From IMG/VR virus record IMGVR_UViG_3300049982_000159, positions 1 through 44,812 of that record: a DNA stretch of 44,812 nucleotides; one strand, written 5' to 3'. The position numbers were made by a program, and so were the translations under genes. Positions within the stretch are counted from its first letter, which is position 1, and every line of letters starts with the position of its first letter. This document shows, piece after piece, positions 34,564-43,594 of this stretch. Below the pieces are notes generated by a model that did no database searches, was not told where the DNA came from, and saw only the letters and a program-made list of their open reading frames with translations. This DNA comes from a virus. Lineage: Duplodnaviria; Caudoviricetes.

Positions 34564-34943
34564 GCGAGCGAATGAACCCCCAGGTGAAGGCGCAGTGGCT
34601 CACTGCCCTCCGCTCCGGGGAGTACGAGCAGACGACGGGCACGCTGCGCCGGATCGAGGAGTACCACGACGAAGACGAATTCCCCCCGGTCAAGCCGGTG
34701 GGGTGGTGCTGCTACGGCGTGCTGTGCGATGTGGCGGCCAAGTCCGGCGTGAAGGTGATCCGGAAGACCGACTCGTCCAAGGAGTACTTCGACGGCGCGG
34801 CCGACTATCTGCCGCAGGTAGTCCTGGAGTGGGCGGGCCTGGGCGACAAAGACCCGATCGTCCGCGAGGAGTCCCTCGCCGATCGAAACGATCGCGGCGT
34901 GCCCTTCGTGGACATCGCGAACCTGATCGAGGAGCACCTCTGA
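34560..34943 (+). CDS. conserved phage protein, W..ALRSG.Y.Q family (127 aa)
   Basis: AAGGAG SD; WL.ALRSGEY.Q....L...CC.GVLCD...ND.G..F..IA..IE. Confidence 0.8.
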   Translation: MSERMNPQVKAQWLTALRSGEYEQTTGTLRRIEEYHDEDEFPPVKPVGWCCYGVLCDVAAKSGVKVIRKTDSSKEYFDGAADYLPQVVLEWAGLGDKDPIVREESLADRNDRGVPFVDIANLIEEHL

Positions 34944-35326
34944 TGTCCAAGGTGGACAAGATCTTGAAGGACGAGCTGGACCCCGAGGACTTGAACCCGT
35001 CGCCGCGCGGCGGGAAGTCCGGCCGCAACGGCGGCGGGAAGTCCGGAGGCAAGTCAGGCGGCAAGATCATGCAGGGGTTGGGGGAGCGGGTCGGCTTCGC
35101 CGGGATCGTCCTCGCCACGGTCCTCGCCGCCGGTGTCGGCCTGGTCGGCTGCCGCCCGGACACGACACCGCCGAAGCCGACGTCGTCGTGCGAGGAGGAC
35201 CAGCCGTGCTGGGACTGCTCGAAGGACGGCAACAAGCGGTGCGGTGACGACCCGCCCGCCGTGAAGGCGTCGTGCGCTGAGCCGGCCTCCTGGTGCGGTG
35301 GCGTCACCGAGGCGGTGCAGCGGTGA
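34943..35326 (+). CDS. putative lipoprotein / membrane protein with Cys motif (127 aa)
   Basis: GAGGAG SD; GGKS repeats, hydrophobic segment ending LVGC, CEEDQPCWDC...GN..CG. Confidence 0.7.
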   Translation: MSKVDKILKDELDPEDLNPSPRGGKSGRNGGGKSGGKSGGKIMQGLGERVGFAGIVLATVLAAGVGLVGCRPDTTPPKPTSSCEEDQPCWDCSKDGNKRCGDDPPAVKASCAEPASWCGGVTEAVQR

Positions 35327-35589
35327 GCGAAAGGGTGCGGCCGAAGCTCGCGCCCCGGGGGCGGCGCTCCACTTCCACCGCGTGCCCTCGGGGCCACGAG
35401 GTGGCGGGGTACAACGCCCTCCCGCGCTCGGGGACCCAACGGCCCGACTGGAAGCCTGGGTGTCGGGCCTGCATGGCCGCGTTCCAGTGGGCCAGGCGGC
35501 ACAACCTGTTCAACGACGACCCGCGCGTGATCGCCCGCGCGGACGAGATGTTCGCGAAGTACCAGGAGAAGGACGCGGCACAGCGGTGA
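35323..35589 (+). CDS. Zn-finger protein (CPRGH...CRAC; 88 aa)
   Basis: GTGA overlap; C..GH.....N...CRAC motif. Confidence 0.65.
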   Translation: MSERVRPKLAPRGRRSTSTACPRGHEVAGYNALPRSGTQRPDWKPGCRACMAAFQWARRHNLFNDDPRVIARADEMFAKYQEKDAAQR

Positions 35590-35825
35590 CCGACGTCGAG
35601 CGGGTGAAGGTCTCTGTCGAGTTCGTCGAGCAGCAGTACCGGAAGGCGATCGGTACCGGCTACGTGTACGGACGCATCGACGCGGGCGACTCCCGGCTGG
35701 ACTTCATCGACGGCATGGACTTCGGCGACTTCTACGCGGAGAACACCCGTCGCCTGCTCGACCTCCCTGATCTGTATGAGCGGTTCGTCCGCGAGCAAGA
35801 GTCCGGAAAGGACGGAACAACGTGA
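35586..35825 (+). CDS. hypothetical protein (79 aa)
   Basis: GTGA overlaps at both ends. Confidence 0.65.
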   Translation: MTDVERVKVSVEFVEQQYRKAIGTGYVYGRIDAGDSRLDFIDGMDFGDFYAENTRRLLDLPDLYERFVREQESGKDGTT

Positions 35826-36382
35826 CGAACGAACTCGCGCTCCGCGTGGCCGCGCTGCGAGCCCTGCGCGACCGGGCGGGGCAGGCGTTCGACGACGCCA
35901 AGACCGAACTCGAAACGTCGATGGAGAAGGGCGACACCCTCGCGGTGTTCTCCCCGATCGACCGCACCGAGATCGGCTCAGTGTCGAAGTCGAAGCCGAA
36001 GCCTGCCGCCCGCGTCGCCGACCCGGACGCGTTCGCCGCGTGGGTCGCCGAGCACTACAAGACCGAGGTCGCCTCCGAGTACGAGGTGACCGGCACGACA
36101 CGGCAAGTCGCGGACGTCCTGTTCGCGCACGCGCCGCACCTGATCCGCCGGGTCCCGAAGGTCAACTCCGCCTTGGTGAGTCAGGTGCTGGTGCAGTCCT
36201 CGAAGCTCGGCGAACCGGTCGGCCCCGAAGGGGAAACCGACGTCCCGGGCATCGTCGTGGAGACAGCGGACGGGCGACTGTCCTGCCGGATCACCGACGT
36301 GGCGTTTGACGCCGTGCTCGCGATGATCCGGGCCGGCCGGATGCCGCTGGAACTCCTCACAGGGGAAGAGGGTGCGGCGTGA
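35822..36382 (+). CDS. hypothetical recombination-module protein (186 aa)
   Basis: A.V.D..AF..WV...Y..E, GE..VPGI; directly upstream of the SSAP. Confidence 0.7.
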   Translation: MTNELALRVAALRALRDRAGQAFDDAKTELETSMEKGDTLAVFSPIDRTEIGSVSKSKPKPAARVADPDAFAAWVAEHYKTEVASEYEVTGTTRQVADVLFAHAPHLIRRVPKVNSALVSQVLVQSSKLGEPVGPEGETDVPGIVVETADGRLSCRITDVAFDAVLAMIRAGRMPLELLTGEEGAA

Positions 36383-37059
36383 ACGACGGTATGGCGAAGG
36401 CGCTGCGCGCGCCGTTCCCGCCGGACCAGGTGGGGAAGCTCCCGCGGGTCACGTGCGGCGACTGCTCGGACAAACGCAAAACGTGCGACAAGCACCAGAA
36501 GAAGGTGTGCCGCACCTGCAAGGCGTACGTGTCGGAGCGACACACCCACCTCGACTACGTCGGTCACGCGCACGTCACCGAACGGCTCCTCGCCGTCGAC
36601 CCGGACTGGTCGTGGGAACCGTTCGCCCTCAACGGCATGGGACTCCCCGCGCTCGACGACGTCGGCGGCCTGTGGATCCGGTTGAAGATCGGCGGCAAGG
36701 TGATGATCGGCTACGGCGACGCGCCCGGCAAGGAACGCGCCGTGAAGGAACTCATCGGCGACGCCATCCGCAACGCCGCGATGCGGTTCGGGGTGGCACT
36801 GGACCTGTGGAAGAAGGAAGCCCCCGAGCCGGTCGCCGACCAGCCCGCCGCCCGCCAGCGGGAGGAGGCGACGCTCACGCCGGCTCAGCGGGCCGGGCAG
36901 CTGCGGGCGTTGATCGCGCAGATGGGGAAGCAGGACGACAAGACGATCGACGACATCGCCGCTGAGTTCCACGAGTGGTCCGGCAAGCGGCACGAGATCA
37001 ACACGGCGTCAGTCGCGGTGCTCGCCGAGTACGTCGAACACCTCAAGGCCAAGCCGTGA
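36379..37059 (+). CDS. Rad52/Rad22-like single-strand annealing protein
   Basis: LR.PFP..Q..KLP, HLDYVGHA.VT.RLL.VDP.W.WEP, KE.IGDA.RNAAMRFGVALDLW. Confidence 0.85.
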   Translation: MNDGMAKALRAPFPPDQVGKLPRVTCGDCSDKRKTCDKHQKKVCRTCKAYVSERHTHLDYVGHAHVTERLLAVDPDWSWEPFALNGMGLPALDDVGGLWIRLKIGGKVMIGYGDAPGKERAVKELIGDAIRNAAMRFGVALDLWKKEAPEPVADQPAARQREEATLTPAQRAGQLRALIAQMGKQDDKTIDDIAAEFHEWSGKRHEINTASVAVLAEYVEHLKAKP

Positions 37060-37445
37060 GGCGCGGCGGCCCGCTGAAGCGGACGGCGTTGCTGCGCCGG
37101 AGCAGGCCCGCCCGGGTCAAGCCGGGCGAGTGGACCGAAGCCGCCGGGAAGAAGGCCGTGGGGCTGCGGTCGACGTGCTGCGAGAAGTGCGGCGGCGGCG
37201 GGCTCCTCGATTGGCACCACCGGAAGAACCGGTCGCAGGGCGGGACGTGGGCCCCGTCGAACGGGCTGCTGCTGTGTCGCTTCCCGTGCCACGCGGAGGT
37301 GACGGACACCCGACCCGAGCACTACACCGCCGGGTGGTGCGTGAAGGAGTGGCAGGACCCGGCGGAGGTGCCGTTCGAGCACTGGCAGTGGGGTCGGGTC
37401 CGGATCTTCGACGACAGCCCGACCTACCTGCGGGCGGTGGCGTGA
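37056..37445 (+). CDS. HNH endonuclease (129 aa)
   Basis: CEKC, HHRKNRSQGG....SN.LLLC..PCH. Confidence 0.8.
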   Translation: MRRGGPLKRTALLRRSRPARVKPGEWTEAAGKKAVGLRSTCCEKCGGGGLLDWHHRKNRSQGGTWAPSNGLLLCRFPCHAEVTDTRPEHYTAGWCVKEWQDPAEVPFEHWQWGRVRIFDDSPTYLRAVA

Positions 37446-37561
37446 TGGATCTCCGTGATTGGGCGGTGGTCCTCGTTGCCTGCCTGGTCCTCGCGGTCGT
37501 CCTCGTCCCCCTCTGCTTCACAGCCTTGCTGTTCCTTCTCGACCTGATTGGACAGTCATGA
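37445..37561 (+). CDS. small membrane peptide (38 aa)
   Basis: TGATG overlap; strongly hydrophobic. Confidence 0.5.
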   Translation: MDLRDWAVVLVACLVLAVVLVPLCFTALLFLLDLIGQS

Positions 37562-37908
37562 ACCAGCTCGACATGCTCCAGAAGATCGTTGACCACGCGA
37601 CCGCGTGGGGCTTGGACGACGACGGCATCACCCGCGTCTCCCTCACCGGCACGGCCCCGACGATCCGCCTGCGCGACCACGAGGTGGACCTGTTCCACCG
37701 GTGGGCGCAGCACCTCGGCATGCCGCTGATCGCCGTGGCCGCGTGCGGTACGGCGTTGGTGGTGGACGGGCAGCTGATGTGCGGGCACCGCGTCCACGTC
37801 ACCGTCCGCGTCACGGCCACCGCCGTCCGGCAGGCCGGCGCGCACGGCGTGTTGACCCTCGGCCACGTCACCCAGATTGCCCACGCGGGAACCCGGATGG
37901 TCGCGTGA
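37558..37908 (+). CDS. hypothetical protein (116 aa)
   Basis: ATGA overlap, good codon usage. Confidence 0.65.
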   Translation: MNQLDMLQKIVDHATAWGLDDDGITRVSLTGTAPTIRLRDHEVDLFHRWAQHLGMPLIAVAACGTALVVDGQLMCGHRVHVTVRVTATAVRQAGAHGVLTLGHVTQIAHAGTRMVA

Positions 37909-38054
37909 AGCGCCGCGCCGCGCCGGTGCTGTCCGACGTCGAGTTCCGCCGCCGCCTCGCCGCCGTCATGGCGCAGCACGAGGTCGAGCGGGCCGGCGCC
38001 ACCCGGCAGATGCGGGTGTGCCCGGCTCCGACGATGGCGGGGTGGCGGGCATGA
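37905..38054 (+). CDS. hypothetical protein (49 aa)
   Basis: Overlaps neighbours by 4 nt at both ends. Confidence 0.5.
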   Translation: MKRRAAPVLSDVEFRRRLAAVMAQHEVERAGATRQMRVCPAPTMAGWRA

Positions 38055-38734
38055 GCGCCCCCGTATTGATCGACTTCTTCTGCAAGGCCGGCGGCGCCAG
38101 CATGGGCTACCACCGCGCCGGGTTCCGTGTGATCGGCGTGGACAAGGAGCCGCAGCCGAACTACCCGTTCACGTTCATCCGCGGTGACGCGATCGAGCTG
38201 TTTGACCCGCTCGTGCTCGCGTTCCGGCCAGCCGCGGTCGGCGGGTCGCCGCCATGCCAGAAGCACTCGCGCCTGCGCACGCGTACGCAGCGGGACTACC
38301 CCGACTTCATCGAGCCGTTCCGCGCGAAGTGTCTGGCGTCCGGCCTGCCGTACGTGATCGAGAACGTCGAGGGCGCGCCGCTGATCAAGCCGGTCGTGAT
38401 GTGCGGCTCGATGGTCGGCCGGCCTCGCGTCGACGGACTGCTGTTCAAGCGGCACCGCCTGTTCGAGTTGAACTTCCAGTGCCCGACACCGCCGGATGAC
38501 TGTCGCGGCGAGCTGACGATCAACGTGCACGGCGGCGGCGGGTACCGGGAGCGCCGCGGGCCGAACGGTGAGCGGATCGGGCACGGCAACAAGGCGTCCG
38601 CGGCAGAGGCGGCCGAGCTGCTCGGCGTCGACTGGATGACCGTCGACGAGATGAACGAGGCGATCCCGCCGAGCTACACCCAGCACATCGGCCGCCGGCT
38701 GCGCGAGCACCTGAGCCGGGAGCGTGCCGCGTGA
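38051..38734 (+). CDS. DNA (cytosine-5) methyltransferase, compact (227 aa)
   Basis: Motif I DFFCKAGG, motif IV SPPCQ, motif VI ENV, RHRLFE, EAIPP.YT..IG. Confidence 0.85.
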   Translation: MSAPVLIDFFCKAGGASMGYHRAGFRVIGVDKEPQPNYPFTFIRGDAIELFDPLVLAFRPAAVGGSPPCQKHSRLRTRTQRDYPDFIEPFRAKCLASGLPYVIENVEGAPLIKPVVMCGSMVGRPRVDGLLFKRHRLFELNFQCPTPPDDCRGELTINVHGGGGYRERRGPNGERIGHGNKASAAEAAELLGVDWMTVDEMNEAIPPSYTQHIGRRLREHLSRERAA

Positions 38735-38889
38735 CCCGCTTCGTTGCTGCTGCCGACCCGATCGCGTTGGCCGCCGCCGCGTCCGCGCTCGCCGGCCACG
38801 GGGTGCTCGTCGAGCACGTCGCCGTCGACCCGTGCGGTGTCCGTCTGCTCGACGTCGTCGAGTCCGTACCTGTCCAGAAGGGAAGCTGA
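38731..38889 (+). CDS. hypothetical protein (52 aa; not in the ORF track)
   Basis: GGGAG SD, GTGA overlap; MTRFVAAADPIALAAAAS...; fills the gap exactly. Confidence 0.5.
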   Translation: MTRFVAAADPIALAAAASALAGHGVLVEHVAVDPCGVRLLDVVESVPVQKGS

Positions 38890-38890
38890 C

Positions 38891-39364
38891 ATGGGCGAAC
38901 TTCACCCGGAGGTCGAGAGTGCGATCCGACGGGCTGGCGCGCTGCAGCGGACGCTGGACGCCATGGGCGCTGGCCGGCCGCAGAAGCCGGCGTCCGTCGC
39001 CGCGGAGATGCTGGCGCGTGCGGCGGAGCTGATCGCCGCTGTGCACAACTCCGCCGGGGAGACCGAGGGTGGGCAGTGGCTGCGCGACTACGAGCTCTAC
39101 TGCACCAGCGTGCCGGAAGGATTCGAGTACGTCTGGGTCCCCGAGACCAACGAGAACTGGCAGGTGCTGCGCCACCTCGGCAAGGACTTCTCCGCCTACG
39201 CCTGCCGAGGAAAGCGCACCTGCACGCGGTTGACCGTCGCACGCCTGAACCGAGCGACCGGGTCCGAGACGAAGCCGCGCTGGTACTTCTACTGCGCCGA
39301 GCACCTGTACGGCCGCCTGATCGTGGACGGCGAGTTGCAGGTGCGGGTGCTGCGGAAGCGATGA
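38891..39364 (+). CDS. hypothetical protein (157 aa)
   Basis: AAGGGA SD; C-terminal CR...C...W..YC.EHLYGR. Confidence 0.7.
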   Translation: MGELHPEVESAIRRAGALQRTLDAMGAGRPQKPASVAAEMLARAAELIAAVHNSAGETEGGQWLRDYELYCTSVPEGFEYVWVPETNENWQVLRHLGKDFSAYACRGKRTCTRLTVARLNRATGSETKPRWYFYCAEHLYGRLIVDGELQVRVLRKR

Positions 39365-39987
39365 CCGGCGCGGCGTCGTGCCGCGACTGCGGGCGCCCGC
39401 TCTCCGACCCGGCAAGCCAGGCCCGCGGTGTGGGCCCGGTCTGCTGGGGCAAGGGGCACCCCAGGCCGCGCCGACGCCGCGCCTCAGCGGCCGACCAGCC
39501 GATCACCGGATTCCCGGAGCTGGAACGAAAGACAACGACAGGAGACGTCATGATCAACGACGACAACACGGCGAAGGCGCAGCGCTGGCTCGACACCGCA
39601 GCCAACAACCTCGTCACCGTCGGCGGCGGCCTGGAGCCCGGCGAGTACATCCGGGCCGCCGCCGCGATCGGGTTCGGCTACTCGCAACTGGCGCACTTAG
39701 ACGAACAGCGCGTGAACCGCGCTGACGACCTCCAGCGTCACGCCGAGGAGAGAACTGCGGACCTCGAGCGGATCGCCGGCGCCGACGCGAAGCTGTGGGC
39801 TCACTACGAGACCGAGGCCGCAACGAGCGCGGCCGTGGCCGAAGCGCACCGGGCCATGACCGCGCGGATGGACGCCGAGCGTGTCGAGATCGAGCAGCGC
39901 ACCACCGCGCTAGCGGCGCTCGACGCCGCAGCTCTCGGGAATTCCGGTCGGCGGGAGCGCAGCCCTCGACCGAACGACGGCGACTGA
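39361..39987 (+). CDS. DUF6011 Zn-finger domain fused in frame to a coiled-coil protein (internal start 39550)
   Basis: CRDCGRPL.DP.S..RG.GPVC; AGGAGA SD before in-frame ATG 39550. Confidence 0.7.
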   Translation: MTGAASCRDCGRPLSDPASQARGVGPVCWGKGHPRPRRRRASAADQPITGFPELERKTTTGDVMINDDNTAKAQRWLDTAANNLVTVGGGLEPGEYIRAAAAIGFGYSQLAHLDEQRVNRADDLQRHAEERTADLERIAGADAKLWAHYETEAATSAAVAEAHRAMTARMDAERVEIEQRTTALAALDAAALGNSGRRERSPRPNDGD

Positions 39988-40029
39988 CCACCCGCACCAA
40001 CCACAAGCACGACACCAGGAGGTGACCCC

Positions 40030-40443
40030 GTGGCACCCAGATACCTCATCAGATTGTTGACCGAGCAGCCCGAATGGCGCGAGGAAGCGGTCTGCACCGA
40101 GACCGACCCCGAGCTGTTCTTCCCCAGCAGCTCCTCAGGGTCGAGTCGCAAGGTGAAGGAGGTCTGCTTCAGCTGCCCCGTGCGTGAGCAGTGCCTCCAG
40201 TTCGCCCTCGACAACGGCGAGCGCTTCGGGATCTGGGGTGGCCTGTCGGAGATGGAACGCCGGGCCCTGAAGGTGCCGACGGTCGGGTCGCTGCGCCGGG
40301 ACCGGGTCGACCCGGTCCTGGTCCAGCGTGCAGTGGCGATGGTCGACTCCGGCACGCCGACCCGCGTCGCCGCGCGCGAGATCGGTATCAACCGCAGCAC
40401 CCTGCAGGACGCGCTGCGCCGCCGCAGGGCGGCGGCTGCCTGA
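40030..40443 (+). CDS. whiB: WhiB-family Fe-S transcription factor with C-terminal HTH
   Basis: W...A.C...DPELFF, K.VC..CPV...CL..AL, GIWGGLSE.ER. Confidence 0.92.
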   Translation: MAPRYLIRLLTEQPEWREEAVCTETDPELFFPSSSSGSSRKVKEVCFSCPVREQCLQFALDNGERFGIWGGLSEMERRALKVPTVGSLRRDRVDPVLVQRAVAMVDSGTPTRVAAREIGINRSTLQDALRRRRAAAA

Positions 40444-41261
40444 TGCCCATCCGGTTCCAAGTCGACCCTGACTTCTACGACCACCCCAAGACGATCGGGA
40501 TGTCCGACGCCGCGTTCTCCCTCTGGGTGCGTGCCGGCTCGTTCTCCGCGGCGAAGCTGCAGGACGGCTTCATCTCCGAGGACGTGCTTGTGCACACGCT
40601 GAGGTCGAGCGTTCAGGTGGCGGACGAACTGGTCGCCCGCGGGTTGTGGAGGCGAAGGAAGGGCGGCTTCCAGTTCCACCAGTACGCCGATCGGAACTTG
40701 ACGCGGCAGCGTGTCGAGGCCGACCGGGAGACGGACCGGAAACGGAAGCGTAAGGACCGGGCAGATACAAAACCGCAGGTAGAACGGCGTTTTGTCCAGT
40801 CGGAATCCGAGCGGACTCCGGACGGAATCCAGTCGGAGTCCGAGGGGAATCCAGTCGGAGTCCGGCCCCTGTCTGTGTCTTCGTCTGTGTCGATGTCTGT
40901 GTCGGGGTCTGGACAGGCGCGGCCGCCTGTCCGCTGCCCCCGTCACATCGACTCCCTCGACGACCCGCCGTGCGGCGCTTGCCGCGAAGCCAGGCAGGCC
41001 GCCGAGGCGTTCGACCGGCAGCAGACCCGCAACGCGGCGGGCGCGCGTTCCGCCGAGGCGAGGCAGCGCGCCACGGACCGGGCCCGCGTCGTGGCCGGGT
41101 GCCGGATGTGCGACGGGGACGGCTACCGCAACGGCCAGCTCTGCAACCACGACCCCGACGCAGCCGACCGGGCAGCACGGGGGAAGGCAGCGGTTCTGGC
41201 CGCACTGCATGCAGGACACCCACCCCAGGCAGAGGAGGCAAGCGATGTGCGCGATCGATGA
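40443..41261 (+). CDS. replication initiator (272 aa)
   Basis: F.VD..FYDHPK......A..LW..AGS......DGFI; iteron-encoded linker; C-terminal C..H...C.AC and C.MCD..G....C.H. Confidence 0.8.
   Translation: MPIRFQVDPDFYDHPKTIGMSDAAFSLWVRAGSFSAAKLQDGFISEDVLVHTLRSSVQVADELVARGLWRRRKGGFQFHQYADRNLTRQRVEADRETDRKRKRKDRADTKPQVERRFVQSESERTPDGIQSESEGNPVGVRPLSVSSSVSMSVSGSGQARPPVRCPRHIDSLDDPPCGACREARQAAEAFDRQQTRNAAGARSAEARQRATDRARVVAGCRMCDGDGYRNGQLCNHDPDAADRAARGKAAVLAALHAGHPPQAEEASDVRDR
40802..40903. repeat. iteron array / putative replication origin inside the initiator gene
   Basis: GGANTCC at 40802, 40813, 40824, 40835, 40846 and 40857 (11-bp period), then GTCTGTGTC at 40871, 40883 and 40895 (12-bp period). 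Confidence 0.75.
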
Positions 41262-41649
41262 CTGCGAGCCGTGGACGGTGGTGAACCACACCAAGCCGAA
41301 GGCCCGCAAGGAGTACCCGTGCATCGAGTGCGGCAGGACGATCCGCGTCGGCGAGACGTACGCCAAGTGTGTCGGGCTGTGCGAAGGCTACTGGTCGACG
41401 TCGCACTCTTGCCTCCACTGCGAAGCGATGGGGCAGTTCATGCGCGAGATGTGCGGCAGCTGGCCGATCAGCCAGCTGCGTGAGGAGCTGGAGGAGCACT
41501 GGCGCGACGGCTACGCCTCGGTCGCATTCGGACGGCTGGTTGCCTGCATGCGGCTCAAGTGGCACGACGGCGCGGACCCGCTGCCGGAGGACACGGGGGA
41601 TCTTGCGAAGCAGCTGATGGCGCAGAGCCTGGCGCGGGGTGCGCCATGA
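41245..41649 (+). CDS. conserved phage Zn-binding protein (134 aa)
   Basis: GAGGAGG SD; KARKE..C.ECGRTI..GE.Y...C.HC. Confidence 0.75.
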   Translation: MCAIDDCEPWTVVNHTKPKARKEYPCIECGRTIRVGETYAKCVGLCEGYWSTSHSCLHCEAMGQFMREMCGSWPISQLREELEEHWRDGYASVAFGRLVACMRLKWHDGADPLPEDTGDLAKQLMAQSLARGAP

Positions 41650-41852
41650 CCGGGTGGGCGCACAGCCGTCACGTGTCGGATGCGGAGTGGCGGATGGAAC
41701 GAGACCTCGCCGAGACCGTGGTGTGCCGTGAGCCGCGCTGCGAGGCGGGGATCGGGGAGACCTGCCGGAACCTGTCCTCCGGTGGGCCTTTGGAGAACCA
41801 GCCGGCGCATGCACGTCGGATCCGGGATGCACGAGAGGAGGCTGGGGAATGA
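41646..41852 (+). CDS. Zn-finger protein (68 aa)
   Basis: V.C....C.A..G..C.......H..R. Confidence 0.65.
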   Translation: MTGWAHSRHVSDAEWRMERDLAETVVCREPRCEAGIGETCRNLSSGGPLENQPAHARRIRDAREEAGE

Positions 41853-42121
41853 CCGCGAGCGATCACGGAAGCCGCTCCACCTACGTCAACTACGGCTGCC
41901 GGTGCCTCGCGTGCACCGAGGCTCATTCGGCTGCCATCGCGGCCAAGCGGGCGAGGCGGACGCCGGCCGACGCGGCTGAGCACGGGACCGCCAGCACCTA
42001 CCAGAACTACGGCTGCCGATGCTCGCCCTGCCGCGTGGCGGCCAGTGCAGCACGCAACGAGTGGCGTCTTCGCAAGATCGCCGCACGAGACGCCGCTAAC
42101 CCTGAAGGAGAGAACGCATGA
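41849..42121 (+). CDS. protein with two HG...Y.NYGCRC..C repeats (90 aa)
   Basis: Internal duplication of a His/Cys motif. Confidence 0.75.
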   Translation: MTASDHGSRSTYVNYGCRCLACTEAHSAAIAAKRARRTPADAAEHGTASTYQNYGCRCSPCRVAASAARNEWRLRKIAARDAANPEGENA

Positions 42122-42336
42122 GCAGCGAAGAACCGTACGGCCAAGTTTTATACCGCGTGGGTGACCGCTTCGTGTCCCACCTGAGCGGCTACGTCTACAA
42201 GGTCACCGCAGTCGACGCGGAAGCACGGACGTTGCGGTTCGCGGCGTCCGAGGACCCGGAGGACGAATCCGGCTGGGAGTCGTTCGCCGATGCGGCGTCG
42301 ACGTTTCGTCACATCCCGTCGGAGGTGTCCCGGTGA
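42118..42336 (+). CDS. hypothetical protein (72 aa)
   Basis: AAGGAG SD, ATGA overlap. Confidence 0.65.
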   Translation: MSSEEPYGQVLYRVGDRFVSHLSGYVYKVTAVDAEARTLRFAASEDPEDESGWESFADAASTFRHIPSEVSR

Positions 42337-43346
42337 CTTCCCCTCGAACCCCGAGACAGTGGGCAGAAGGCGACACGATCCCCGCTGACGTGACCGCTGT
42401 GCACCATCACCACGAACCGCTGCTCGACGAGTGCGGCACCCAGTGCGCCTGGATCCGCCGCACCAGCGACTGGAAGGGCCCATGGGGCTACGCGCTGGAG
42501 GAGGCGGCGATGCTGCGGCGCATGGGCCCGGTCACGGAGGTCATCGAAGGCGCCCCCCTGTCGGAGGTGCCGCCTGAGACCCCCGAACCCCCGCAGGTGG
42601 GTTGCTGTGGAGCGTGCATCGCAAAGGGGCACGTGCAGGGTGAAGCCTGCTCGGACTGCCTCGGCAGCGGGCACGCCCACGATCCGGACGATCCGTGTCC
42701 CGCCCCCGAACCTCCGCGCGAGGACGAGGACCTGTTCCCCTCCGCGTTGGCTGAGCACTGCTACTTCGAGGGCTGCCCGGAGTGGATCACCGGTTCGTCG
42801 GACTACTGCCCGACGCACGCCAAGTCGTACGCCCCCGTTCCTGCCTCTCAGTCGGTCCCTGCTGTCCCTGTGTCCTCTCCTCCGATAGAGGACAGCGGAG
42901 AAGCAGCAGAGACAGCCACGGAGGCGCTGAGCGCTGTTGGTGTCGGGTCGCTGAGCGAGGCGATCGGGCTGGCCCTCAACGACACCTACGCAGGGTTGGA
43001 GTTCGAGGACCCGACGTTCGAGAGCGGGACCATGGCGATCATGGCCGTGCTGCGCGAGCGCCTCGCCGACTGGCGGCCGCCGCTGCCCGAGGTGATGTAC
43101 GACGCTGGCGAGACCGCCGAGGAGGCCGTGCGGCGGCTCGCGGCGGAGGTCGTCGGGTTGCGGCAGCAGCTGGCCTCGCCGCTGCCCGACAGCGAGACCG
43201 AGTGGGGCTGGAAGCCGGATCCTGACGAGCCGGACGAGGTGATCTGCTCGGTCGACGAGCAGGCCGCCCGCGAGCGCGTCAGCAAGGCCAGCTACCGCAA
43301 GCTTGCCTGCCGTGAGGTTGGCCCGTGGATCGAGGTGACCTCGTGA
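42333..43346 (+). CDS. mosaic hypothetical protein (337 aa)
   Basis: GGAGG SD; several short modules including C..C...G.....C..C.GSG. Confidence 0.7.
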   Translation: MTSPRTPRQWAEGDTIPADVTAVHHHHEPLLDECGTQCAWIRRTSDWKGPWGYALEEAAMLRRMGPVTEVIEGAPLSEVPPETPEPPQVGCCGACIAKGHVQGEACSDCLGSGHAHDPDDPCPAPEPPREDEDLFPSALAEHCYFEGCPEWITGSSDYCPTHAKSYAPVPASQSVPAVPVSSPPIEDSGEAAETATEALSAVGVGSLSEAIGLALNDTYAGLEFEDPTFESGTMAIMAVLRERLADWRPPLPEVMYDAGETAEEAVRRLAAEVVGLRQQLASPLPDSETEWGWKPDPDEPDEVICSVDEQAARERVSKASYRKLACREVGPWIEVTS

Positions 43347-43594
43347 CCGAGGACAACCGCGCCGTGATCGACGACGACACGGAGCAGCCCGATGGGATCG
43401 CCAGCGATTCCCTGGACCTCCCGACCCCGGCTGGCGCCGCGCGCAGGGTGAACGACTTCCTCGCCTGGTACGGCGACGGCCTCGTGTACGCCGAGACCGG
43501 CGCGCCGCCGCTGTTCGCCCGCGACCTGCAAGCGCTCGCGAACCTCGGCTCCCGGGCCTCTGAGGAGCGCGCCACCGAAGGCGGTCAGCCGTGA
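43343..43594 (+). CDS. hypothetical protein (83 aa)
   Basis: GAGGTG SD, GTGA overlap. Confidence 0.65.
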   Translation: MTEDNRAVIDDDTEQPDGIASDSLDLPTPAGAARRVNDFLAWYGDGLVYAETGAPPLFARDLQALANLGSRASEERATEGGQP

